A stretch of DNA of 64,000 bases from a virus (Duplodnaviria > Caudoviricetes): the IMG/VR virus record IMGVR_UViG_3300013121_000054, positions 9,250-73,249 of that record; one strand, written 5' to 3'. A program made the position numbers and the translations under genes. The notes under the pieces are model-generated. The model did not search any database. It had not been told where the DNA came from and saw nothing but the letters and a program-made list of their open reading frames with translations. This document shows, piece after piece, positions 28,562 to 37,900 of this stretch; position 1 is the first letter of the stretch, and the number at the start of each line of letters is the position of its first letter.

Positions 28562-29266
28562 TTATAATCTGCTGATTGCTTCTCTTCTCATGCGCTCGTA
28601 ATCCGCCCGCTTTAGATCAGGATCTAATACCGCCGCCGTAATATTACCCTTGGCGTCTGGTGATGGTGGCGTCTTGCTGGAGCCGCTCGCCACTGGTGGC
28701 GGGGTCGCTGGCGCGTCCGGTTTGAATAGATGCGGTTTAGCTGCTTTAAAAGCCTCAACTGCTTCCGCGATGCCCGTCACATTGTCGTCCTTATCAAAGA
28801 CAATCTTGTCGCGCGGCACCAGATCTGCCACATCGAGATCGAGCACACCGGCAGTAGCAAGCGCCGCTTTCAGCTCTGTGCTGATGATGCGGCTTTGGTA
28901 TTTTTGCTTGGTGGCGTCACGCTCCTGCTCTGCCAGCTCAGCCAGGCGCTTGTGCTCGCCCTGCTCTTCAAGCTTCTTCTTCTCCGCTGCCTTTGTCTCT
29001 GATTCAAGCTTTGATTTCAGCTCGTTGAGCTCTTTCTCGACCGCTGAAGCTCTCGTCTTCTCGGCGTCGAGCTTGTCGCGCCGACTCATCCCTTCGGCTC
29101 GCAGGGATTTGATGTAATCTTGCACATCGCTGGGCAGATGCGAGATGTCGCTGTCGTTATTCAGCTTGCTGGCTGACCCACCTGGGCTACCAGTCTTTGG
29201 CGGCTCCTGATTTTTAGGGTCTTCATTTGCGGGCGGCGTTGCGCCTGGATCTTGCTGTCCACTCAT
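28562..29266 (-). CDS. Capsid scaffolding protein
   Basis: Pro-rich N-terminus, coiled coil (KSLRAE..RR.K, EEQGE.K.LAE), V..F.A.KPHLF motif. Confidence 0.88.
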   Translation of the reverse strand: MSGQQDPGATPPANEDPKNQEPPKTGSPGGSASKLNNDSDISHLPSDVQDYIKSLRAEGMSRRDKLDAEKTRASAVEKELNELKSKLESETKAAEKKKLEEQGEHKRLAELAEQERDATKQKYQSRIISTELKAALATAGVLDLDVADLVPRDKIVFDKDDNVTGIAEAVEAFKAAKPHLFKPDAPATPPPVASGSSKTPPSPDAKGNITAAVLDPDLKRADYERMRREAISRL

Positions 29267-29301
29267 GATCTAGTTTTGTCCTCTTTTTTGTTGTCCGTTT
29301 T

Positions 29302-29661
29302 TTAAGGTGCTACCCCGTGGAGGTAGACAGATACTGAGCCTGGTGAGCCTGCGGCGGTCGTTTTGCGAGCTTTGATAAAGCTCCAGGGGCCGGTGATTGC
29401 AACCACGCCATCTTGCGTGATGTCTGACCCAAGCTGAATGCCGTTATAGTTATCGGCTGGATCATCACGCAGTGTCACGCAAAGCTTAACTACTTCTGTT
29501 GCAGCCATGCCTTCGACCATCAGGGAGCTGGTTTTGAACTCGTGCCATGGCACCCACTTGCCATCATCGGCGGCAGTCTGAGCATCCAAGAGCTTGGCTG
29601 TTTTGCTTACCAGACCAGCACCAGTGCCGATCTCAAATTTCTCCACATCGCCCTTAGTCAT
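29302..29661 (-). CDS. Hypothetical head-module protein
   Basis: ORF between portal and scaffold; beta-rich. Confidence 0.6.
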   Translation of the reverse strand: MTKGDVEKFEIGTGAGLVSKTAKLLDAQTAADDGKWVPWHEFKTSSLMVEGMAATEVVKLCVTLRDDPADNYNGIQLGSDITQDGVVAITGPWSFIKARKTTAAGSPGSVSVYLHGVAP

Positions 29662-29664
29662 GCT

Positions 29665-31215
29665 CTAAATGCCTCCCGCTGGTGGTAATTCTGGTGTGAC
29701 CGTAGCATCCAGATTGTCTTTCGCCAATGACTCATTTCGCTCTGGGATCTGATTTGCACTGATGCGCGGCAAATCGAGGTGATCGGTGATGTAGTCAGCA
29801 AGAGTGGGTCTAGGTATGATTTTTGCCTCATCGAGCTGCGCCACGCCCGTCGCCATCTGCTGCATTTCCTGCGGAGTAGCGGTGTACATGCGCGGCCAGT
29901 TCAGCCCGAGCCCATCAACTTCTGATTCAGATACACCCTGCATTATCGGGTGCTTCTTGCGAATAGCCAGCACAGCCATCCGTTTGACCATCCCCAGATA
30001 TGTAGTGCTGCCATACGAAGATCGCAGCTCCTGGCAAAGATCGATTGTGTCTTGATCAAGCATCTCGGCAGCTTTGCCGGTGATCAGCCCCGCCTGCTCA
30101 TCGGGATTGCGCCTCTGAGCGGCGATCTGCTCAGCCATAAACTTCTTGAGCTTGTCGCAAAACTCGAGCGCGATCTTGATACCATTGCCGGTCATTTCCA
30201 AAAGCTTGGCGTCGCCCTTCTCGCGCTCGACACCATCCGTCTTCATGCCACCCTTCATCATGAGCATGATGTGAGGCGCCCTCAACATAGTCTGAGCTGC
30301 GCCCTTGTCTTTGTTAAACTCTCCAGCCATCGAGCCGATTACAACGATCTGAGGATTGGCGTTATAGCGGCACGCCCTGCCGATCTGCGAAAAGGTGTAA
30401 TCGAACTCTATATTCATCGGGAGCGCACCAGCAAAAGTGCAGCTACCGTCTGGTGAATAGCCACCCGCCAGATTCTCAAACCACTGCGCGGGCACAAAGT
30501 TTAAATCGTGCTGCACCTCCTCTTCCGCGATCAGCCGGCTCTCGTGCCTGGGATTGGAAGGCGTGTAATCTGACTCCTTTATCGGGTAATAGGTCTTCTC
30601 TACCTGGCTCTCATAATCAATGACGCTCCAGTAAGACTGAGCGGGCACAATCGGCTTGCCTTTGTAGTCAACCGTGAAACCCTTCGCAAGAAACTCATAC
30701 CCTGCTGATGTGTACGCGACGCGCAGGCGCGCGAGATCTCCAAACTTATCAAATACCGGGTGGCACCACTTGGCTCGATGCGCCTGAGCCCTCATGCGTG
30801 CATAACCGCTCTTTTCGTCGGCCACCAGCTTGAAAGTCACAGCCACCGAGCCGACCGATCCCCAGGTGATCACCTGGGGCATGAGTTTCTCAAGCCCAGC
30901 CTCTTCGGTGAGGCGCATTATCTTATTGAGCACCGTCTCATTGTCATGCACCAGTCTTGGTGCGTTGCGCCCGGTGAAAAGCTTGCGCGAGCAGACTCTT
31001 GCTACCATGGCAGCCATATTGAAGGGCGCCGAAGGTCTGCGATTGTAGATTGGGATGTACCGCTTCAGTCCGTCTTCTTCTTGCGAAAAGTCGTAAGGCA
31101 GATGGTCGTAGAAGGTGCCATCCAAGAAGCGATCGAAGATGTCTAAGCGCTGATAGCGCGGATCGGAGCGCTGCCACGGCTGCCAAATTATCGAAGACGC
31201 AATAGTCTTAAGCAT
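29665..31215 (-). CDS. Portal protein
   Basis: 516 aa directly after the large terminase; GSVAVTF, P..F.K.G.L, SG.A..ML motifs. Confidence 0.88.
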   Translation of the reverse strand: MLKTIASSIIWQPWQRSDPRYQRLDIFDRFLDGTFYDHLPYDFSQEEDGLKRYIPIYNRRPSAPFNMAAMVARVCSRKLFTGRNAPRLVHDNETVLNKIMRLTEEAGLEKLMPQVITWGSVGSVAVTFKLVADEKSGYARMRAQAHRAKWCHPVFDKFGDLARLRVAYTSAGYEFLAKGFTVDYKGKPIVPAQSYWSVIDYESQVEKTYYPIKESDYTPSNPRHESRLIAEEEVQHDLNFVPAQWFENLAGGYSPDGSCTFAGALPMNIEFDYTFSQIGRACRYNANPQIVVIGSMAGEFNKDKGAAQTMLRAPHIMLMMKGGMKTDGVEREKGDAKLLEMTGNGIKIALEFCDKLKKFMAEQIAAQRRNPDEQAGLITGKAAEMLDQDTIDLCQELRSSYGSTTYLGMVKRMAVLAIRKKHPIMQGVSESEVDGLGLNWPRMYTATPQEMQQMATGVAQLDEAKIIPRPTLADYITDHLDLPRISANQIPERNESLAKDNLDATVTPELPPAGGI

Positions 31216-32582
31216 TACCTACCCCACATGCCTAACAATTCTTCGACGCCTTCATAATTTTCCGCAAGCTCTTCTTGCAGGTGATTGAATCGAATCATCT
31301 GCTGAAGTGCTTGGGATTGACAATCGACAATATCGTCTTTCGTGGATTCTGCGGTATAGCTGCAAAGCTCCTCGATGTAATCCTCGACCCACGGCAGGCA
31401 CTCTGGATCTGGTATCAGTACCCTGCCGGTCTCATACAAATGGCTGACAGCAGAGGCTCTGGCGAACTTATTTTGATCCGGATTGATCCCTACGATCGGC
31501 AGGCGGGTGTGCTCCTTTGCCATCTGAATGATCGAGCTGCCGCTGCTCTTATCCTCCATGTAGATAATGTCTGCGAACCACTTGTAGGCATACTTTGGCA
31601 CCAGCTTCATGAGAGTTGGAAAAGCCATCTTGCCGCGCACCATATCAAGCAAGTAATAGCCAGCATGCCCAATGCCCCAGGTAGTGCCGACCGTGTAATC
31701 GTTTTTCTCGCCAGTCTTCTGCCCCGGGTCCCACGATTGCACGATTTGCAGCAGCTCTGGGTAGCCCAGCTTCAGACCTTCGGCGCGGTGCACTACCGCA
31801 TCGTAAGGATTCCACTTGTAATACTGGAACCAGTCGCGCTTGTAGACATTGCCCTCTTCTGAGATATCCCAATCGCCCCTGATCCACGCCCGCACCAGGT
31901 GCTTCTTGCCTGTGCCCTTCAGGCGTTTGATGTAAAAGGGGTCATTCTCCGCAAGGCTCGGATTATGGATCAACAGTGCCGGAATATATACAATCCAGGT
32001 CTCAAGCTGCTTGCTGTAGAAAGGGATTCTCGGTGGTGCTGGAGTTATGTAGCGTTTCTTAACCCATTCGTGACCCACGCCACCAGGGTTGGTGGTTGCC
32101 CATATACAGCATGGTGCACCAGCGGCGGAGCGCAAAGAGCCGCGCAACTTATCGAGCTGATCAGAGTTTGGCCAGGTCGTAAGCTCCTCAAGGATGAGCA
32201 CCGAATATTCCTGCCCGAGATACTTCTCTTCATCGCCTTTGTTATCGATGTAGCCCAGGCGCAAAGTCGCACCATTGGGGTGCACCCAGGTGTGCTTGCC
32301 CACCTGGTAATGCCACCCAAGAGGCGTAAGGATCGCCTTGAGTTTCTTCTCATTGAAATCTTCCAGATCCTGGTAAGACTTACGGATCAGGAGCCCGACA
32401 GCAGCCTCGCCCCAGATCTGCGCATATGCTGCCCACTTCAGCGCTACTGCAAATGATTTGCCACCACCCCGAGCACCACCAAATAGGATCTCTTGAATCG
32501 GGCAGGTTATGAATGCGGTCTGCGGTCCTTTGTGTGGCTTGTAGATCTTCGCCACCAGAGGCTTTGGATCAGGCAAGATCAT
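31215..32582 (-). CDS. terL: Terminase large subunit
   Basis: Walker A LFGGARGGGKS; Walker B LILEELT; TTNPGGVGHEWVK; nuclease SWDP..K..DY and DDIVD. Confidence 0.96.
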   Translation of the reverse strand: MILPDPKPLVAKIYKPHKGPQTAFITCPIQEILFGGARGGGKSFAVALKWAAYAQIWGEAAVGLLIRKSYQDLEDFNEKKLKAILTPLGWHYQVGKHTWVHPNGATLRLGYIDNKGDEEKYLGQEYSVLILEELTTWPNSDQLDKLRGSLRSAAGAPCCIWATTNPGGVGHEWVKKRYITPAPPRIPFYSKQLETWIVYIPALLIHNPSLAENDPFYIKRLKGTGKKHLVRAWIRGDWDISEEGNVYKRDWFQYYKWNPYDAVVHRAEGLKLGYPELLQIVQSWDPGQKTGEKNDYTVGTTWGIGHAGYYLLDMVRGKMAFPTLMKLVPKYAYKWFADIIYMEDKSSGSSIIQMAKEHTRLPIVGINPDQNKFARASAVSHLYETGRVLIPDPECLPWVEDYIEELCSYTAESTKDDIVDCQSQALQQMIRFNHLQEELAENYEGVEELLGMWGR

Positions 32583-33099
32583 CCGATATCAGCTCCGCAT
32601 CTTCGCCAAGCATCTCGATCAGGCGCCTGTTGTTTTCCTTCTCGCTCTCGCGAGCTTCGACCTCGACAGTGGCGGCCCACTGCTGTGGATCTTTGATGAT
32701 CTCGGGCATGATGAATTCGATCTTCTTCTCGACGTTGATCGTCTGCTCTTTCGGCTTCTCCTGCCATCCAGCGACGCACTTCAGCCAGAACATGGCATCG
32801 ATCGAGGAGCCAGCGATCGCGCGCTTGTAGACAGAGCCAGCCACATTAGCGGTGGCTTTCGCGCGACCTCTCAGAATGGCCTCGGTCAGCTCGATAGAAT
32901 TCCATTTGAAAGCACCGAAGACCTGGGGGAAGTACCCCAGGTAATTCGCGATCTCGGCGTCGCGCAGCCCCATGCCAGCAAGCATCTCCGCCTGCGCCAG
33001 CTCCTCATCTGTAGGTTTCCAGACTTTCTGCTTGCGCTTGCGCTTGATGATTTTAGAGGGCGCCTGCACCTCTGCTGGTAGTTCACTCTTCTCGATCAT
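32569..33099 (-). CDS. terS: Terminase small subunit
   Basis: HTH (EMLAGMGL.D.EIA.YLG), EAI.RGRA.A...VA..VY.RA..G...AM.FWLK...GW. Confidence 0.85.
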   Translation of the reverse strand: MIEKSELPAEVQAPSKIIKRKRKQKVWKPTDEELAQAEMLAGMGLRDAEIANYLGYFPQVFGAFKWNSIELTEAILRGRAKATANVAGSVYKRAIAGSSIDAMFWLKCVAGWQEKPKEQTINVEKKIEFIMPEIIKDPQQWAATVEVEARESEKENNRRLIEMLGEDAELISDDLA

Positions 33100-33114
33100 A
33101 TCTGGGATTAACCA

Positions 33115-34440
33115 TTAACCTGCGCTGGCTGGCAAAGGTAATCTCTCGGATTTGAGCTGCTCAAACGTTCTGCCATCACCCTGGAGCGTTGCTGTTTTGC
33201 CAGTATGTTGCTGCCAGCGCGTGACGATCAAATCGACATAGCGCGGCTCAAGCTCCATCAGGCGCCCTTTCCTACCGGTGGATTCGCACGCGATCAATGT
33301 CGAGCCCGAGCCGCCGAATGGATCGAGCACGATATTATTCTGGCTCTGGGTGGAGTTGCTGATCGCCTTAACTGGCAGCGCTACAGGCTTCTGAGTTGGG
33401 TGCTCTTTCTCGCTGCGCATAGGGCGATCGATATTCCAAACCGTGCCTTGATTCTTCTCGCCATAGAACTTGTGCGCTCCGCCCGGCTTCCAGCCATAGA
33501 GAATCGATTCGTGTTGCCAGTGGTAATCTTGCCGACTAAATACAAATTGCTGCTTTGCCCACACCAGCACCTGCTTCATCAAGAGCCCCGAGTCTTTGAA
33601 GGCTTGGCGGAAAATCAAACCCTCACTATCAGCATGGCAAACATAAATCACGGCGCCTGGTTGGACCGCTTGATACATGATTGTAAAAGCATCTAGCAAG
33701 AACTGCTGAAAATCGGCATCCGGCATATCGTCGTTTTGAATCTTCGGACCCTTGCCGAATGTTCTGCCTTGCGGGTTGTGATCACCTCCACAGACCGCTA
33801 GATTGTATGGTGGATCGGTGAAGACCATATCGGCGAGCGAGCCGTCGAGCAGCTTCAACACATTGGTGAGCACCAGGGAATCGCCACACATCACGCGATG
33901 ATCGCCGCAAATCCAAATATCTCCAGGCATCGAGGCTGCCTGCGCGGGCGGCTCTGGCACTGCGTCTTCTTCGGTTTTCGGCTCCTCCTTGGTGACGTTA
34001 AACGTAAGCAGCTCTTGTAGTTCTTCCTTGTCAAAACCGGTGATACTCATGTTGAAATCATCCAGGTTAAGATCGCCAAGCTCCAGCGAAAGCAGAGACT
34101 TATCAAAGTCTGCATTAAGCGCAATTTTGTTGTGAGCGATGACTAGAGCGCGCTTTTGTGTAGTAGATAAATGTGTCAATTGAATAGTGGGCACTTCGGG
34201 CATATTGAGCTTAAAAGCCGCCTCCAGCCTGCCATGCCCGGCGATAATAGTTTTCTCTCCATCGATTAAAATCGGATCTACGAAACCGAACTCTCTTATC
34301 GATGCTGCTATTTGCGCGATCTGCTTTTCTGAGTGCACCCGCGAATTTCGTGCATACGGAATTAAATCTGACGTAGAGCGTAACTCGACTTTCAAATTCA
34401 GGTTGCTGATTTCCTGGCTTAGCTTGCTTTTAGTGTCCAT
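33115..34440 (-). CDS. ParB-like domain fused to DNA N6/N4 methyltransferase
   Basis: L.PYARNSRVHS..QI..IAASIREFGF..PILID..AGHGR; VFTDPPYN; HPTQKPV; LDPFGGSGST. Confidence 0.92.
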   Translation of the reverse strand: MDTKSKLSQEISNLNLKVELRSTSDLIPYARNSRVHSEKQIAQIAASIREFGFVDPILIDGEKTIIAGHGRLEAAFKLNMPEVPTIQLTHLSTTQKRALVIAHNKIALNADFDKSLLSLELGDLNLDDFNMSITGFDKEELQELLTFNVTKEEPKTEEDAVPEPPAQAASMPGDIWICGDHRVMCGDSLVLTNVLKLLDGSLADMVFTDPPYNLAVCGGDHNPQGRTFGKGPKIQNDDMPDADFQQFLLDAFTIMYQAVQPGAVIYVCHADSEGLIFRQAFKDSGLLMKQVLVWAKQQFVFSRQDYHWQHESILYGWKPGGAHKFYGEKNQGTVWNIDRPMRSEKEHPTQKPVALPVKAISNSTQSQNNIVLDPFGGSGSTLIACESTGRKGRLMELEPRYVDLIVTRWQQHTGKTATLQGDGRTFEQLKSERLPLPASAG

Positions 34441-35132
34441 ATATCCCTCAAAACCAAAGCCGTCATGCACTGCCTCTCCCGAAGCATTGTATTTAGTATC
34501 AATTTCATTTCCTCAGGACTGCTTCCCGAAAGCTCTATATCAACGATGAAAGACTCAACGCGCTTGTGGCATTTCTTGCATAGCGGAATGAGATTTAGCG
34601 CGGAATTATCACGAGTTAAACGATAAGGTACTATGTGGTGCACATCCAACTTCTTCATCGTGCCGCAGCAAGCGCAAAATGGTGTTACTGCGATGATCTG
34701 CTTGCTGACTTGCTTCCACCGCGATCCCCTTCCGGTCACTCGATCAGGCTTGCACAACCACTTTTGATAACACTTCCGAGAGCAAAAGTTGGCTGATGAG
34801 TTGGAATGCCCTATGCCTTTGACGCGAGATCTGCTCACGCTAAATGCACATTCACAAAACTTGCACATTCGCTCCACCCGCAGTGCAGCTTTTCTGCATA
34901 CGAGAGAGCAATATTTTCGGCAAGATTTGGTGCCGGTCGCCATCTTGATCTGCAAACAATTCAGACAAGCATAAAAGTGTGATGCTTTGCGCCGCGGCTT
35001 CGCTTTGATCGCTCTCGCTCTAACTGCTACCGCACACGCCTTGCAATACAAACGTTTTGAGTCTCTCCTGACTGTCTCGACAGAACCGCATGATACACAC
35101 TCTGCTATCTTGTCTTTTTTACTATGACTCAT
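34419..35132 (-). CDS. HNH endonuclease with Zn-ribbon repeats
   Basis: Multiple CxxC; LDVHHIVPY.....N...NL.PLCKKCHK. Confidence 0.85.
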   Translation of the reverse strand: MSHSKKDKIAECVSCGSVETVRRDSKRLYCKACAVAVRARAIKAKPRRKASHFYACLNCLQIKMATGTKSCRKYCSLVCRKAALRVERMCKFCECAFSVSRSRVKGIGHSNSSANFCSRKCYQKWLCKPDRVTGRGSRWKQVSKQIIAVTPFCACCGTMKKLDVHHIVPYRLTRDNSALNLIPLCKKCHKRVESFIVDIELSGSSPEEMKLILNTMLRERQCMTALVLRDIWTLKAS

Positions 35133-35386
35133 AGATCGGTGTAGTCCTCTGGATCGAATGTGATTTGTTTGCCGTGCTGCCTGATTCGCAGATAAGTAAA
35201 CTCGACGGTGGCGCGCTTCATGCAGCGGTGCCCTTTCAGGCGCTGCTCTGAATTTCGGAATACGGTGTGGCCGCAGACGTTCTTCTCTTCCGAGCGCAGC
35301 ATTCTGCGCTTGATAAAGTTGGTGAACTCTTCGATCCGCGGATGATCGTGATCCTCGCAGTACAGGATTTTTATTTTCTGTGCCAT
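35129..35386 (-). CDS. Hypothetical protein
   Basis: Likely start ATG 35386 (TGATG coupling; MAQKIKIL). Confidence 0.55.
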   Translation of the reverse strand: MAQKIKILYCEDHDHPRIEEFTNFIKRRMLRSEEKNVCGHTVFRNSEQRLKGHRCMKRATVEFTYLRIRQHGKQITFDPEDYTDL

Positions 35387-35928
35387 CAGGCCCTTAAAAG
35401 TGCTGGTCTCGGTTGCTGTCTCGTTTTGCTTTTGGAGTTTTGGCAGGGCCCACTCCATTTCTGGTAGCTCTGCCACATACTCGGCCACTCCTCTTTAGTC
35501 CAGCAGCATGAGCCGATCGCGCCGACAAAATGCACGACCTTTGGGTCTTTCCTCTTTTTGCAGCGCTCGCAGAATAGGGTATATGCACCCTCTTTGGTGC
35601 GCTCCACTGCAAGCAGTGGCACCTCTTCCTTCTTCGGCTGGTGCTCGTATTTTTTCTTACGCTCCTGAAGATCCGCCTTGCGCCGATAGTCTTTTATCAA
35701 AGAGCAGATCTTGCAGCGGTGCCCGAGCTCAATACAGCTCTTGCACGTCACCACCTCGACCGGCTTCACTGCCGGCTTGTCTGCTGGTCTGCCGAGCAGT
35801 TGCAGACGCTCATTTACACAGTCACAAAATAAGCAAGGCTGGCTATAACTCCCACCGGCCTTGCGGAAATAGAAATGCTTTCGTTCACAGTTGCATGAAT
35901 TACAAACCGCCAAGGCAGCCCTCCTCAT
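35386..35928 (-). CDS. Cys-rich (multi CxxC) hypothetical protein
   Basis: Several CxxC/CxC pairs, basic C-terminal half. Confidence 0.55.
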   Translation of the reverse strand: MRRAALAVCNSCNCERKHFYFRKAGGSYSQPCLFCDCVNERLQLLGRPADKPAVKPVEVVTCKSCIELGHRCKICSLIKDYRRKADLQERKKKYEHQPKKEEVPLLAVERTKEGAYTLFCERCKKRKDPKVVHFVGAIGSCCWTKEEWPSMWQSYQKWSGPCQNSKSKTRQQPRPALLRA

Positions 35929-36140
35929 CTACACACAAGGAAATCATACAGATGTGACTGTTACGCACTGCCTGTAGTGCGTAATACACACAAACTACAC
36001 ACATACTTTTCTGGATGGCGGAGCCGGTGAGCTTTTCACTCACACTCCCTTCCACCGGTGGACAAGGCCGATCGGGGAGTTTTTACGGCCCCACGCATAT
36101 GCACTATAAATGCGGCGCCGCTTGTGAGGGAAACGCAATA

Positions 36141-36938
36141 TTAGCTACTTGCCGGAATATTGGGCTTGGTAACGCGCCAGCGTTCTGCATCGCCGCGCCC
36201 TTTGACGTATGTGGCCCTGCCCAGGCGCTGCAAGCTGCGCATCAGCTTACCTGTCATATCGATACCAAAATCGCCGACTCGATTGGCTTCTGCTATGGAG
36301 AAGCTATCGCTGCCAAACTTCTCCAGCAGTACAGAGTGAAGCGAAAGAGCAATCTGTGAGCGATTGCGCTCCAGCTCAGGCGTGAGCGGTGGAGTATCAG
36401 TCATGGGCTCGGGCGCACCCTCTTCTGCCGGTGCTGGTGGAGGCGGTGCCTCTGCGAATTCCACACCGTCACACTTGAGGCAAATCGGCGGGCCTGGCTT
36501 CTTTGCAAACCAGCGCCCGGGCTTCTGCATGCAACACTTTGAGCACCGTGGATGATTTGATACTGGGTCTTCTGCTGGCTGCGGCTCTGCCTCTACTACC
36601 GGTGGCGGCCCCAGTCGGCTGCAGGCGCTGCAAACCAAGAGACGACATTCCACAACAGCGGCTGGACCCTCAACTTGCTCCTTTGGAAAAAAGTAAACCG
36701 ACTTCTGCTCATGACACCTGGAGCAGACAAACCACGGCACCACCAGCGGAAGTGGGGGTGCCTCTGGGCACTGCTCTCTGAGGTAGGCAGCAAGCGCCAA
36801 AGCATCTGCTGGCTCCAGGTGTGCAACTGTGCCACCAATTGAGAGCCTCACACCTTCTTCCAAGGGCGAGCAGCGGAGAGTCTCGCCGCCATCTGTAGTG
36901 ATTTTTATCAGCGTTTCAATCTGTATCGCCAAGGACAT
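36141..36938 (-). CDS. Zn-finger protein with C-terminal winged-helix-like domain
   Basis: Two CxxC..CxxC clusters, Pro-rich linkers, C-terminal F..AEA...TGKLMRSLQ.LG..V..RG..RW. Confidence 0.6.
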   Translation of the reverse strand: MSLAIQIETLIKITTDGGETLRCSPLEEGVRLSIGGTVAHLEPADALALAAYLREQCPEAPPLPLVVPWFVCSRCHEQKSVYFFPKEQVEGPAAVVECRLLVCSACSRLGPPPVVEAEPQPAEDPVSNHPRCSKCCMQKPGRWFAKKPGPPICLKCDGVEFAEAPPPPAPAEEGAPEPMTDTPPLTPELERNRSQIALSLHSVLLEKFGSDSFSIAEANRVGDFGIDMTGKLMRSLQRLGRATYVKGRGDAERWRVTKPNIPASS

Positions 36939-36992
36939 AAACCTCGTAAAGCGCCGCGCAGAGTGCGAAGACTAGCAGGGCGAAAAGGAATT

Positions 36993-37478
36993 TCATTCTT
37001 CTGATTCGGCGGCACAAGTATCGACGCAGACGATCTTGCCACCAGTGTTTTCATCGAGCTGCGACGCGATCGCAGCCGCATCTCTCGCATCGCATCCCGC
37101 CACCATTGCACCCATTGCAAACTCGCTGCCGGTGCCGATTGCGAATGGTGGGTGTTTGCGCACTGGTTTATTGTTGCCGTGATAGTACATGCACTTTTGA
37201 CCGGTTACTACAATCGCCGAGCATTCTTCCATATCCGGTGGCGGCCCTTCTTGCTTTTCGTACCACTTGCAAAAAAGCCGGCTCTTCCAGACAAGACCTG
37301 CATTGCCAATCCATGCATCATTCACACGCTTGATCTTGTCGCAGTCAAACCACTTCAGATCGCCAGCGGTAGATTGGCTGTCTGCCGCGAGGTGCTCGCC
37401 ATCCCACGCCACTGTAGTCGCTTCTGCTGGTGCCAGGTTGATCAACGTAACAGCAAATGCGACTAGCAGCTCTCTCAT
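36993..37478 (-). CDS. Ntn-hydrolase (proteasome-beta/HslV-like) with signal peptide
   Basis: TTVAWDG..LAADSQ, AIGTGS.FA.GAM..G..A.DAA.IA..LD..TGG.I; start ATG 37478 coupled (ATGA) to the upstream stop, RBS GAGGT. Confidence 0.8.
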   Translation of the reverse strand: MRELLVAFAVTLINLAPAEATTVAWDGEHLAADSQSTAGDLKWFDCDKIKRVNDAWIGNAGLVWKSRLFCKWYEKQEGPPPDMEECSAIVVTGQKCMYYHGNNKPVRKHPPFAIGTGSEFAMGAMVAGCDARDAAAIASQLDENTGGKIVCVDTCAAESEE

Positions 37479-37900
37479 GCAGGCGACCTCGGCACTGGTA
37501 CCACTCCACAAGTCTTCTTATTCACGAACCACTGCGCAAGGGTTAGATTACAAGTAGCGCAAAAAATCTCATTCCCATGAGGCAAATTAATGCCCTGTGG
37601 CTTGTGTCCGTCTTGCACAAATCTGATCTCTGGTGGCAGATCTCGCGTCGGCACCGATGCTGGGTTGAAATCAATCGGCTGGCGCTTCGTCTCAAAAGCT
37701 CCAGCTCCAGGCTGAAGGTATTTGGCTAACTCCTTCCGCGTCTTCTCGTGCTCGGCTTTCTCGGTGAGCCAAAAGTCGAGAAGCCTATCTTTCAGCTCGT
37801 TCGATCGCACCACCTCGTGAGCCAGCTTCATCACCATTTCTTCTTTCTGGTGAAGCGCTTGAATCAATGCCTGCTCCTGCGTCATGATCTGCTCTGCCAA
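37475..37900 (-). CDS. Hypothetical coiled-coil protein
   Basis: ORF in the minus-strand small-gene array. Confidence 0.55.
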   Translation of the reverse strand: MAEQIMTQEQALIQALHQKEEMVMKLAHEVVRSNELKDRLLDFWLTEKAEHEKTRKELAKYLQPGAGAFETKRQPIDFNPASVPTRDLPPEIRFVQDGHKPQGINLPHGNEIFCATCNLTLAQWFVNKKTCGVVPVPRSPA

